Shown here piece by piece: positions 1 to 8,137 of a stretch of 62,942 nt of DNA. Each line of letters opens with the position of its first letter. The stretch's first letter is position 1. This DNA comes from Minisyncoccota bacterium (GTDB taxonomy: Bacteria; Patescibacteriota; Minisyncoccia; Phycocordibacterales; Phycocordibacteraceae): NCBI GenBank assembly GCA_041663025.1, contig JBAZRE010000004.1, positions 1-62,942 of the forward strand, written 5' to 3'. Position numbers and translations under genes: made by a program. The notes beneath the pieces are model-generated. The model was not told where the DNA came from and did not search any database. It worked only from the letters and a program-made list of their open reading frames with translations.

Positions 1-1
1 T

Positions 2-1672
2 CTCGCACCTGATTATAAGAAGATGTATGTGCCTCTTGTTATCTTAGATCGAGGTACGGCACAAATTGGCGATAAAGTGCTCGCGCGTCTTGTCAGCTGG
101 GATGCAGATAAAGAATACCCACTCGGCACTATTGAAGAAGTTATCGGTAAAGCTGGAGTGCACGAGACCGAGATGCGCGCCCTCGCGCTCGGGCAAGGAT
201 TCTCGAGCGACTTCCCTCCCAGTGTTGTCGCCGATGCAAAATATCTTGAAGAACACGGTCGCGCGATGCTCATCGAAGAAGCTTCTAATCCGAAGCGACG
301 AGATATGCGTGACGCTCCCACCTGCACTATCGATCCATTTGATGCAAAAGACTTTGATGACGCCCTCTCGGTGAGGGCGATTGCGGATGGCAAGATAGAA
401 GTCGGTGTGCATATTGCCGACGTCTCCTTCTTCGTGAAGCCCGGTAGTGCGCTTGATAATGAGGCTGTTGAGCGCGCCACGAGCGTCTATCTGGTTGACC
501 GCACGATCCCCATGCTCCCTGAAATACTTTCGACTGATCTCTGCTCGCTGAAGCCTGATGAAGATCGTCTCGCGGTCTCTGCTATCTTCACGCTCGATGC
601 AGAGGCAAATGTTGAGGATGTCTGGTTCGGCGAGACGATTATCCATTCTGACAAGCGATTCACTTATGAAGAGGCACAAGGAGTGCTCGACACCGGCAAA
701 GGCATCTTGCATACAGAACTTTCGCTGCTCTTTGACCTATCAAAAAAGATTCGCACGCGACGTGTCGCGCGCGGTGCTGTTGAGTTTGATACTGCTGAGG
801 TAAAGGTTGAATTGGATGCTGAAGGACGACCAATCGCTATCCGTTTGAAGCAACAGCAGGCGACAAATCGCCTCATTGAAGACTTCATGCTCCTCGCCAA
901 CGAGGCCGTAGCGAAGCATCTCTCGAAGCTCACCAAGAATGGTGGACCTCACTTTGCTTCACTATATCGTATTCACGATGTGCCCGATGCAGATCGTATC
1001 GAGAATCTCATGAACCTATTGCGCGTCATGGGCTACCATCTAAAAACATCTGGGGACGGCAAAGTAACTGGTGCGGAATTAAACAAACTCATGGACGAGG
1101 TAAAGGGTAAGCCCGAGGAATATCTGGTGAAGATGGCAACACTACGCTCGATGAGCAAAGCAATCTACACTACAAAAAACATCGGCCACTTCGGTCTCGC
1201 CTTCGACTTCTACACTCATTTCACTTCTCCAATCCGCCGCTATCCTGACCTCGTGATTCATCGACTCGTGAAGGCGCACGCGGGTGGCGATCCCATCACT
1301 CCGGCAGAGATGCAAGAGTTTGATACACTCGCGATCCACGCTTCTGAGAGAGAAGTTGCTGCTTCAACTGCCGAACGCGATTCGATCAAGATGAAGCAGG
1401 TGGAGTTCCTCGCGGGCAGAATTGGTGAAGAATTTGACGCGGTTATCTCCGGCGTCACCGAGCGCGGTCTCTACGTCGAAGAAAAGGGGACCCATGCCGA
1501 CGGTATGATTCGCGTCAAAGATGTCGGTAATGACTATTTTGAATACGACGAGAAGCACTATCGCCTCATCGGCAAGCGCACTGGCAAATCGTACCAACTC
1601 GGCGACCCCATACGCGTCAAGCTCGCCGCTGCTCGCCTCGCTGAAAAAGAACTGGATTTTATCCCCGTTTAG
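2..1672 (+). CDS. rnr: Exoribonuclease R / RNase II family (RNB domain + C-terminal S1), 5'-partial
   Basis: ORF 23..1672, with the frame open back to the window edge (LAPDYKK precedes the first ATG). RNB-type motifs DPFDAKDFDDALSV and HFGLAFDFYTHFTSPIRRYPDLVIHR; S1-like C-terminus. Confidence 0.85.
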   Translation, partial: LAPDYKKMYVPLVILDRGTAQIGDKVLARLVSWDADKEYPLGTIEEVIGKAGVHETEMRALALGQGFSSDFPPSVVADAKYLEEHGRAMLIEEASNPKRRDMRDAPTCTIDPFDAKDFDDALSVRAIADGKIEVGVHIADVSFFVKPGSALDNEAVERATSVYLVDRTIPMLPEILSTDLCSLKPDEDRLAVSAIFTLDAEANVEDVWFGETIIHSDKRFTYEEAQGVLDTGKGILHTELSLLFDLSKKIRTRRVARGAVEFDTAEVKVELDAEGRPIAIRLKQQQATNRLIEDFMLLANEAVAKHLSKLTKNGGPHFASLYRIHDVPDADRIENLMNLLRVMGYHLKTSGDGKVTGAELNKLMDEVKGKPEEYLVKMATLRSMSKAIYTTKNIGHFGLAFDFYTHFTSPIRRYPDLVIHRLVKAHAGGDPITPAEMQEFDTLAIHASEREVAASTAERDSIKMKQVEFLAGRIGEEFDAVISGVTERGLYVEEKGTHADGMIRVKDVGNDYFEYDEKHYRLIGKRTGKSYQLGDPIRVKLAAARLAEKELDFIPV

Positions 1673-1680
1673 TTTCCTTT

Positions 1681-1710
1681 GTGAATTATGGACATCGTAA
1701 GTCCATAGAT
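1681..1710. repeat. REP-like hairpin family A, copy 1 (30-nt unit GTGAATTATGGACATCGTAAGTCCATAGAT; stem TATGGAC/GTCCATA at 1687..1707)
   Basis: Identical 30-nt unit recurs at 2398..2427. Perfect 7-bp stem with a 7-nt loop. Lies 8 nt after the rnr stop codon. Confidence 0.85.
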
Positions 1711-1726
1711 GCGCTATGCTGTGGAT

Positions 1727-2401
1727 ATGGAACTTTGGCATGCGCTTAATCGCGGAGTAGACGGACGAGATTTATTCATGGACGATCGTGATCGTCTCCG
1801 CTTCATTCATGATCTTTACGAATTTGACGACACAGAACCTGCCAATCCAAACGTCGGCTATCACTTCAAATCTATGGACATCGTAAGTCCATATATCAAT
1901 AAACGGTCACGGACTCGTCTCGTTGAAATCCACGGTTGGTGTCTGATGAAAAATCATTATCATCTTCTTATGTCTGAGCTTATGGAGGGCGGTCTTTCAC
2001 TTTTTTTGCGAAAATTGAACGTTGGGTATGCAAAATCGTTCAACGAAAAATATGGACGGGTCGGGACTCTGTTCCAAAGCCGTACGAAAAAGATACTTAT
2101 CGAGAATGACGCACACTTTAATTACATTCTCCATTATATTCATCTCAATCCACTCGATTATCTTGCCGGAGCAGAGGCATGGAGAGAACGCAGTCATGCT
2201 GGAATTGCGAATGCCAAAGATGCTTTGAATTATCTTGAGCAATATCGCTGGAGTAGTTATCTGGATTATGCAGGACAAAAGAATTTCCCTTCAATACTCA
2301 CAACGTCGATTTTCAAAGACGCGCTTGGAAATTACTCGCAATCTCTTGAGGAATATCTAGTCGGAGTGACGGAAGATCAAGAATTATTGCGCTTTGAGTG
2401 A
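1727..2401 (+). CDS. RAYT-like HUH/Y1 transposase (COG1943 / IS200-like family), paralog A
   Basis: ORF 1709..2401; the likely start is the MELWHALNRG ATG at 1727, which aligns with paralog C. HUH motif NHYHLL, Tyr motif HYIHLNPL, N-terminal WHxxNRG...LF.DDxDRxRF. The TGA stop lies inside hairpin unit 2398..2427. Confidence 0.8.
   Translation: MELWHALNRGVDGRDLFMDDRDRLRFIHDLYEFDDTEPANPNVGYHFKSMDIVSPYINKRSRTRLVEIHGWCLMKNHYHLLMSELMEGGLSLFLRKLNVGYAKSFNEKYGRVGTLFQSRTKKILIENDAHFNYILHYIHLNPLDYLAGAEAWRERSHAGIANAKDALNYLEQYRWSSYLDYAGQKNFPSILTTSIFKDALGNYSQSLEEYLVGVTEDQELLRFE
1873..1893. repeat. Family A hairpin, internal copy inside the RAYT-A ORF (encodes MDIVSPY)
   Basis: TATGGACATCGTAAGTCCATA is identical to the flanking hairpins and is read in-frame. 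Confidence 0.85.
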
Positions 2402-2427
2402 ATTATGGACATCGTAAGTCCATAGAT
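2398..2427. repeat. REP-like hairpin family A, copy 3 (same 30-nt unit as 1681..1710)
   Basis: 30/30 identity to 1681..1710. Overlaps the RAYT-A stop codon. Confidence 0.85.
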
Positions 2428-2430
2428 ACC

Positions 2431-2463
2431 AAAAAAGAATTGGATTTTGTGCCTACCGTATAG
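2431..2463 (+). other. Relic or second copy of the rnr 3' end (KKELDFVPTV*)
   Basis: aaaaaagaattggattttgtgcctaccgtatag compared with the rnr end gaaaaagaactggattttatccccgtttag (EKELDFIPV*). The two sit on either side of the RAYT-A cassette. Confidence 0.6.
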
Positions 2464-2474
2464 AAACCAATCTT

Positions 2475-2756
2475 CTATCTAATAATCCAAAAAGCAATTA
2501 GTCCAGCTATCACAAGTAGCGAAATAATTATTAAAGCTTCTCTACTTTTTGTCTTATTTTCTATTGAGATTGGTGGTTTGGGATTTGAACGGGCTTCAAC
2601 AATTTCAGAAATACCCGCCGTGATCAAAAAGAAGACTAGTGCTACAAATATCGCCACTGGACCGAAGTTAAACCCAACTGGTCCTCCAGGATTTACGATA
2701 GTGAGAATGATTGAGGCTAGAAGAAGTACAAAGGCGACACTTTTGATTATGAGCAT
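2475..2756 (-). CDS. Small integral membrane protein (hypothetical)
   Basis: 93-aa ORF with three hydrophobic helices. Confidence 0.55.
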   Translation of the reverse strand: MLIIKSVAFVLLLASIILTIVNPGGPVGFNFGPVAIFVALVFFLITAGISEIVEARSNPKPPISIENKTKSREALIIISLLVIAGLIAFWIIR

Positions 2757-2799
2757 GATATCTTGAGTTATCTAGATTCTAGTGAATAAATTCTAACAT

Positions 2800-5010
2800 T
2801 CATTTCGCCACGGCGACGGCTTCGTCAAATTTGACGGAGAGGAGCTTGGAGACGCCGTCGCCACCCATCGTGACGCCATAGAGGATACTGGTGCGACTCA
2901 TGGTCTCACGGTTGTGAGTGATAACGATAAGCTGAGAGCGCTTCGCGAGATTCTCAATCATGTCTCCATAACGGCGGCTGTTTGCCTCGTCGAGCGCGGC
3001 GTCGGTCTCATCGAGAATAAGGAATGGCGGCGGGTTCACTTGGCTCATCGCGAATATGAGCGCGATAGAGGTGAGCGCACGCTCGCCGCCTGAGAGCTGC
3101 ATCAAAGAGCGTACTTTTTTCTTTGGCAGATTGACCGCTATCTCTATACCTGCGCGTTCTTTCTCTTTTGGCTCATCGCCAAAACTTTCTTCCCTCCCCT
3201 CGTCGTCTGACTCATCTAGATCTTCGCTCTCTTCGAGAGTTAGGCGTGCACTCCCGCCATCAAACATAAGCGCGAAGTATTCGCTAAACGAGGCATTCAC
3301 TCTGGAGAGTCCTTCTGAGAAGTGCTTTGCAAGTTCAGTATCCAAATCGTGAATGAGCGCGCCCAATCCTGCCGCCGACTTTGCCAGATCCTCCAACTCA
3401 ACAGAGAGGAACGTCTCACGTTCGGAAACTTCTTTGTGTTCTTGTCGAATATCCTCGCCCATTCCTCCCGCCTCTTCCAAACGAATCTTCATGCGCTCAA
3501 GTGCGCGCTTACGATCTTCTTGGGTCTTCCTTTCTTCTTCTGGCATCTGCGCAAGCGGTTCATAAGAAATCGCACTTGTCCCAGCGAGAGCAAGCACTTC
3601 ACCCTTATCACGCTCGAGCTCCTCGGCAAGCAAAGAGAGTTCATATTCACGCGCAATGCTTCTCGCCATTTCCCCTTCTTCGTGCGCTTTCGCTTGTGCA
3701 GAATCAAGAATATGACGCCTAATCTCGCGACCAGTTTCTTCCAAAGCGAGCATGGCTTCGCGCGCCCTAGATCGCGCGAGCTCTGCTGCCTCCAACTTAG
3801 CCGAAAGTTCTGTGAACTTTTCAGCGAGGGCGGCGCTCTTCTCCTCGAGCGGATAAACTGCGCGTTCCTCTTCATCGAGCAGATTGTCATTCGGCGAGAC
3901 AAAGCGCGAGACGAAGTTCGCTACAGCTATCTTCACCGCTTCGAGTGCAGCTGCTGCCTTTTCGATGGTATGCGCTGAGTCGACTTGTTTTCCAACTTCA
4001 TCAGCGAGTGAGGTGAGATCAGCACGCGGCACCTTCGCGTATGGTTCGCGCGCGATAGTTGTTGCGCGCCGCTTCACTTCTGCAAGTGCTCCCTCGACAC
4101 GGCCAATATCTCGTGACAGCGCAGCACGTTCAGCAGATATTTCTGATACTTCATGTTCCGCCTTCTTCAACGCTTCAGTACGCTTGACTGTTTCTTGATC
4201 TGCAGAGTTCGGATCCGCGATTCGGTCAAGTTCAGCACTTGCGATCGCAAGACGCTCATTCGCATTACGTTTCTCTTCTGCGACCTTTACCTTCTCGTGC
4301 GCCAAGTATGCGTCCTCGATTGCGAAATAGGTTTGCGCTGAGCCAACAAGCTCATTTCGCAATGCATCAGCGCGCTCGAGCTTCTTTACCTGACCTTCAA
4401 GAAAGCGGAGATGCGGCGCGAGTTCTCGCCGGAGCGAATTTATTTGTGCAATATTCTCTTCGGTCTTCTCGAGTTTCTTCTGTGCCTCTTGCTTCTTAAA
4501 TTCGTACACCTTTAGCCCGAGTGCATCCTCAAGCATCGCACGTCGATCACGATTTGACGCGAGCAGTATCCGATCTGCCTCGCCTTGAGAAATAATATGG
4601 TGACCCGTCTCGCCGATATTGGCTCCAGCGAGCAACTCTTCAATATCACGTAAACGCACCCGTGAACCATTGATGGAATATTCACTCGTGCCATCACGAA
4701 AGGCGGCACGCTCAATTGCTACTTCATCAAAGTCGATCTTGAATTGTCGGCGAGCATTATCAAAGACGATAGAGACCGCCGCGCGATTCGCACGCGGCAT
4801 TGAATGTGAACCGTTAAAAATGAGATCCTCCGCGCGCTTGCCGCGCATACTCTTCATTGACTGCTCGCCGAGCGCGAAGCGGAACGCTTCGGCGACATTA
4901 CTCTTACCCGAGCCGTTTGGGCCGACAATTGCCGTCGTCGCATTCGAAAAGTCCAAGACCGTCTTCTTGGCGAACGACTTAAACCCGACTATTTCAAGCC
5001 GCTTCAGCAT
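2800..5010 (-). CDS. smc: SMC-family chromosome segregation ATPase, unusually short (736 aa, no recognisable hinge)
   Basis: N-terminal LEIVGFKSF...GPNGSGKSN Walker A; RRAMLEDALGLKVYEFKKQEA; C-terminal LSGGERALTSIALIFA...LILDETDAALD signature and Walker B. Confidence 0.8.
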   Translation of the reverse strand: MLKRLEIVGFKSFAKKTVLDFSNATTAIVGPNGSGKSNVAEAFRFALGEQSMKSMRGKRAEDLIFNGSHSMPRANRAAVSIVFDNARRQFKIDFDEVAIERAAFRDGTSEYSINGSRVRLRDIEELLAGANIGETGHHIISQGEADRILLASNRDRRAMLEDALGLKVYEFKKQEAQKKLEKTEENIAQINSLRRELAPHLRFLEGQVKKLERADALRNELVGSAQTYFAIEDAYLAHEKVKVAEEKRNANERLAIASAELDRIADPNSADQETVKRTEALKKAEHEVSEISAERAALSRDIGRVEGALAEVKRRATTIAREPYAKVPRADLTSLADEVGKQVDSAHTIEKAAAALEAVKIAVANFVSRFVSPNDNLLDEEERAVYPLEEKSAALAEKFTELSAKLEAAELARSRAREAMLALEETGREIRRHILDSAQAKAHEEGEMARSIAREYELSLLAEELERDKGEVLALAGTSAISYEPLAQMPEEERKTQEDRKRALERMKIRLEEAGGMGEDIRQEHKEVSERETFLSVELEDLAKSAAGLGALIHDLDTELAKHFSEGLSRVNASFSEYFALMFDGGSARLTLEESEDLDESDDEGREESFGDEPKEKERAGIEIAVNLPKKKVRSLMQLSGGERALTSIALIFAMSQVNPPPFLILDETDAALDEANSRRYGDMIENLAKRSQLIVITHNRETMSRTSILYGVTMGGDGVSKLLSVKFDEAVAVAK

Positions 5011-5024
5011 TACCCACTATTGTA

Positions 5025-5726
5025 TCACCAGTTCATCTTATCGAGACCTGATTGCGCAGCTGCTTGTTCTGCCTCCTGCTTACTCTGCCCTTCTCCACGA
5101 GCTATTTCTTCTTTGCCGATGAAGATGCCGACAGTGAAGAGCTTTGCGTGATCGGGGCCTTCTTCAGAGAGTGTCTCGTAGCGCGGCGTTGTACTTTTCT
5201 TTTCTTGTGCGGATTCTTGGAAACGACTCTTGGCGTCTTGGTATGAGCGTTTGGAAATAACACTGTCGATCTTACTATAGAGATTCTTTGCAATAAACGC
5301 CTCAGCGGCGGCATAGCCAGAATCAAGGTAGAGCGCCCCGATAAGAGCCTCAAAGGCATCGGCAAGTATCACGTCGCGCGCGCGACCAGTATCCTTGGCT
5401 TCACCCTTCGAGAGCAATAAATACTCATTGATGCCGATTGATTGTGCACTCTCGGCGAGCGAGACGGTGTTCACCAGAGCTGCGCGATACGCAGTGAGGT
5501 CACCCTCTGGCTTAGCGGGGAATTTTTTGAAGAGAAAGTCGGTCGTCGCGAGCTCGAGTACCGCGTCACCGAGAAATTCTAACCTCTCATTATGCGAACC
5601 AGCATAGTCTCTGTGCTCGTTTAAATAGGAGCGGTGCGTCAACGCCTCGATAAGTAGATCGAGGTTATTAAACGAAACACCGAGCTGTTGTGCAAACGAT
5701 GCGAAATCAGGCATGAATGAAAGCAT
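5025..5726 (-). CDS. rnc: Ribonuclease III
   Basis: ALTHRSY...NERLEFLGDAVLEL signature followed by a C-terminal dsRBD-like region. Confidence 0.9.
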   Translation of the reverse strand: MLSFMPDFASFAQQLGVSFNNLDLLIEALTHRSYLNEHRDYAGSHNERLEFLGDAVLELATTDFLFKKFPAKPEGDLTAYRAALVNTVSLAESAQSIGINEYLLLSKGEAKDTGRARDVILADAFEALIGALYLDSGYAAAEAFIAKNLYSKIDSVISKRSYQDAKSRFQESAQEKKSTTPRYETLSEEGPDHAKLFTVGIFIGKEEIARGEGQSKQEAEQAAAQSGLDKMNW

Positions 5727-5817
5727 AGCATTGTAAAGTGTGTGGTCAATAAATGATTCAGGCCCCGCGTACTGCGAGGCCTGTGGTTCTATTTTTCAGC
5801 AAAAATTATTTTCGTCT

Positions 5818-6264
5818 TCAGATCCCATGGGTCTTCCGGCCGACAGGATAAGAAGTGAGCCACGCAACTCCGTTTGAGAACAAGCAAAATATAAACTTGT
5901 CGATCGGATTCATAAGCGTATAGTAGCGGCGATGTTCGTCTCCATGGAATTTAATCACAGCACGTGGTGCTCCCTCTGCGGGGCAGAGATTGCCAATTCT
6001 TCCGGCCTTTTCCCATAGGCGCTCATCTGATGGTTGGCGAGAGAAAAGGTCACCGACCTCGCAACACAAGAGATTGAGCTTCTTGGGCTCCGGCGAAATT
6101 GATGCGTTGAATTCGTCTGATCGGATTATCTTTTCTGCATTTGGTGTCACTCTGATGTCCATCATGCCGGAAAGTATCTGATCACCTGATCTACTTAACC
6201 CGATTTCAATTGGTATTACCTGTTGTTTAACCGTGTTCACAATCTTCCTCGCTTCTCGTGCCAT
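5818..6264 (-). CDS. Hypothetical protein
   Basis: 148-aa ORF filling the gap between nusB and rnc on the same strand. No motif recognised. Confidence 0.5.
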   Translation of the reverse strand: MAREARKIVNTVKQQVIPIEIGLSRSGDQILSGMMDIRVTPNAEKIIRSDEFNASISPEPKKLNLLCCEVGDLFSRQPSDERLWEKAGRIGNLCPAEGAPRAVIKFHGDEHRRYYTLMNPIDKFIFCLFSNGVAWLTSYPVGRKTHGI

Positions 6265-6386
6265 CTCTTCCCTCCATTTTCTTTTATTTTTCTGCCGCCA
6301 AACGGCGTTTGAAGCTTCGTCAACGTGACGCAGCTACAGTACATCCGAAAAGGATGATACGCCAAGCCTATTTTTTGTCAAATCGA

Positions 6387-7286
6387 CTACGCCCGCGCGC
6401 CTGATTGATCGAGAAGCTTCTGCACAGCCGCAGTCACGATCGGCAACATGTCATCATAGAAATTGAGGTCGATAATGTCCTTCAAGCGAAACCATTTTGC
6501 ATCATCGAGTCCACCACTCTTCTTGAGCGCGAGTGGCTCAAAGTCGCATGAGGCGAGATAGAAGCAAACATGCTTACGCACCTTCCCCTTCTCTGGATGC
6601 GAAGCAATATATTCATTCTCACCAATTCGGTGCTCCACTCTTGCATCAAGACCAAGCTCTTCTTTGATGATGCCTGCGACGCCAATCTCTGGCGTAGCGC
6701 CATCTGCAATGTGACCCTTTGAGAGCGTCCATCGGCCGAATACGTCATGCACGAGTGCGAGATAATATTGCCCGTCATGTTTGGCATACACAATGGCGCC
6801 GCCCATGTTCTCTATCGGTAATTCCTCGCGCCGTGTCTTTTTTTCTCCATGCTCATCTTTGCCTGGCTCGCCGAGTTCTTTATAAACTGCACCAAGAACA
6901 CCGTTCACAAAGCGGCCAGACGAGTCACCGCCGAATGTCTTGGCGAGTTCTATTGCCTCATTGATTGCCACCTTTGCCGGCACCTGGGTGCGATCGGCGA
7001 AGAGGAGCTCATAGAGCCCGAGACGTAGGATATTGCGATCGATCGGAGCAATACGCTCAAGTGACCATTCGGGTGCAGCCTTCTCGATGATCAAATCAAT
7101 ATCATTTTTCTTCGCGAGTGTGCCGAGGAGGAGACGTTCCATAAAAGGATGATCGACGTCGTCACCACCAAATTCGGCAACGTTGCGCGCGAGGATAGTG
7201 ACGGCATCTTTATCCAACGCGTGAGTGGTGTCCCACTCGAAGAGCGTCTGGAGAACGACTGAGCGCGCTAAGTGTCTATTCGCCAT
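6387..7286 (-). CDS. nusB: NusB antitermination factor fused to a C-terminal Nudix-fold domain
   Basis: N-terminal half is NusB-like (LRLGLYELLF...AINEAIELAK.FG...FVNGVLG). C-terminal half is Nudix-like (GGAIVY...WTLSKGH...IIKEELGL). Confidence 0.75.
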   Translation of the reverse strand: MANRHLARSVVLQTLFEWDTTHALDKDAVTILARNVAEFGGDDVDHPFMERLLLGTLAKKNDIDLIIEKAAPEWSLERIAPIDRNILRLGLYELLFADRTQVPAKVAINEAIELAKTFGGDSSGRFVNGVLGAVYKELGEPGKDEHGEKKTRREELPIENMGGAIVYAKHDGQYYLALVHDVFGRWTLSKGHIADGATPEIGVAGIIKEELGLDARVEHRIGENEYIASHPEKGKVRKHVCFYLASCDFEPLALKKSGGLDDAKWFRLKDIIDLNFYDDMLPIVTAAVQKLLDQSGARA

Positions 7287-7358
7287 GGAAAGATCTATAT
7301 CACTAGAGTAGCAAGAGGTTGCAGTTGTGCAACTCGCATATGTGCAAAAGCACGAGAG

Positions 7359-7423
7359 AGTCGCTTGTTGCAGCGACTGGCTGACTCATTCTGATGAGGC
7401 CCGAAGGAGCAAAAGAAGCGACT
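7359..7423 (-). repeat. Conserved 40-nt core (7373..7412) enclosed by a long imperfect stem, copy 1; possible structured RNA or complex terminator 3' of rpmF
   Basis: Core is 40/40 identical to 23050..23089. The flanking arms (extending to about 7345..7438) are mutually complementary but unrelated to the arms of copy 2. Confidence 0.6.
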
Positions 7424-7432
7424 TCCTCGTGC

Positions 7433-7786
7433 TTATACCCCGCCTCCGAATCCGCTACGCGCCTTGGGACGAGTTGCCGTTGCGACTTTACCAGAAATGC
7501 CTTTTGAACTTTTTGCGTCAGCATTCGCATGCTCTTCATGTGCGTGCTCATGCGCATTCTTCGCGGCCGGCTCAGTGTCTGGGCCCTTAACCTTTGGCCC
7601 CTTCGCAACCTTCACCTTCGGAGTGAAGATTTGCTTACCACGATACATGCCCGTCGCCTCATCGAGATGGTGCGGGAGGCGGAGATTGCCGCTTTCGGCA
7701 TCCTTAACAATATTGGTGTTTTTGAGCGCGTGGTGAGACCGACGATTGCGGGTGTGACCACTCGTATGGCGCATGCGAATTGACAT
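7433..7786 (-). CDS. rpmF: 50S ribosomal protein L32 with a long K/A/H-rich C-terminal extension
   Basis: [16 protein letters not shown]...[22 protein letters not shown] resembles bL32. 117 aa, against about 57 aa for a typical L32. Confidence 0.75.
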   Translation of the reverse strand: MSIRMRHTSGHTRNRRSHHALKNTNIVKDAESGNLRLPHHLDEATGMYRGKQIFTPKVKVAKGPKVKGPDTEPAAKNAHEHAHEEHANADAKSSKGISGKVATATRPKARSGFGGGV

Positions 7787-7807
7787 GCAGCTACCCTACC
7801 ACATGAT

Positions 7808-7844
7808 GTAAAAAAACAAAAGCGCCCTTAACAAAAGGCGCTTT
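7808..7844 (-). terminator. Rho-independent terminator (minus strand)
   Basis: Hairpin AAAGCGCC-loop-GGCGCTTT at 7818..7844, followed on the minus strand by TTTTGTTTTTTT. Confidence 0.6.
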
Positions 7845-7863
7845 CTGTCCAAAAACTTAAGGG

Positions 7864-8064
7864 TCAAGACTTGATGTCTAGGGTTCTAGTGTCAACTTTA
7901 AAACGATATTCACCGCAAGGGCAGGCTCTTTGTTCCAATGTGCGCAAACACAATGGATCGCACGAGTGACACGGCGGAAACAACTTACTTCTCTTCGTTA
8001 ATATTGCAGTTGCCATCATTCCAATTTTTTCCGAACTCAGATCGTGTGACGCTGCCTCAAGCAT
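7864..8064 (-). CDS. Small Cys-rich protein (hypothetical, possible zinc-binding)
   Basis: 66-aa ORF preceded by AAGGGGAGG 7 nt upstream of the ATG. Contains CHSCDPLC...CPCGEY. Followed by the terminator at 7808..7844. Confidence 0.45.
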   Translation of the reverse strand: MLEAASHDLSSEKIGMMATAILTKRSKLFPPCHSCDPLCLRTLEQRACPCGEYRFKVDTRTLDIKS

Positions 8065-8137
8065 ACTAAGACCTCCCCTTAAGAAAGAACCGGTTTTTGT
8101 CCAAACCCCCTGTTCGGACCCAGAGTGTTATATAACT

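Noticed and set aside
3056-4499. Several 60-220-aa plus-strand ORFs inside the smc region
   Set aside because: They are antisense shadows of the coiled-coil-coding region, where a GA/AG-rich repetitive codon pattern keeps the reverse frames open.
7391-7412. Hammerhead-ribozyme-like CUGAUGAG...CGAA on the plus strand of the conserved 40-nt core (also at 23068..23089)
   Set aside because: After CUGAUGA there is no stem II that closes properly onto a GAAA. Copy 1 has no GAAA at the required place, there is no stem I hairpin, and the neighbouring genes are on the opposite strand. The resemblance is limited to an 8-mer.
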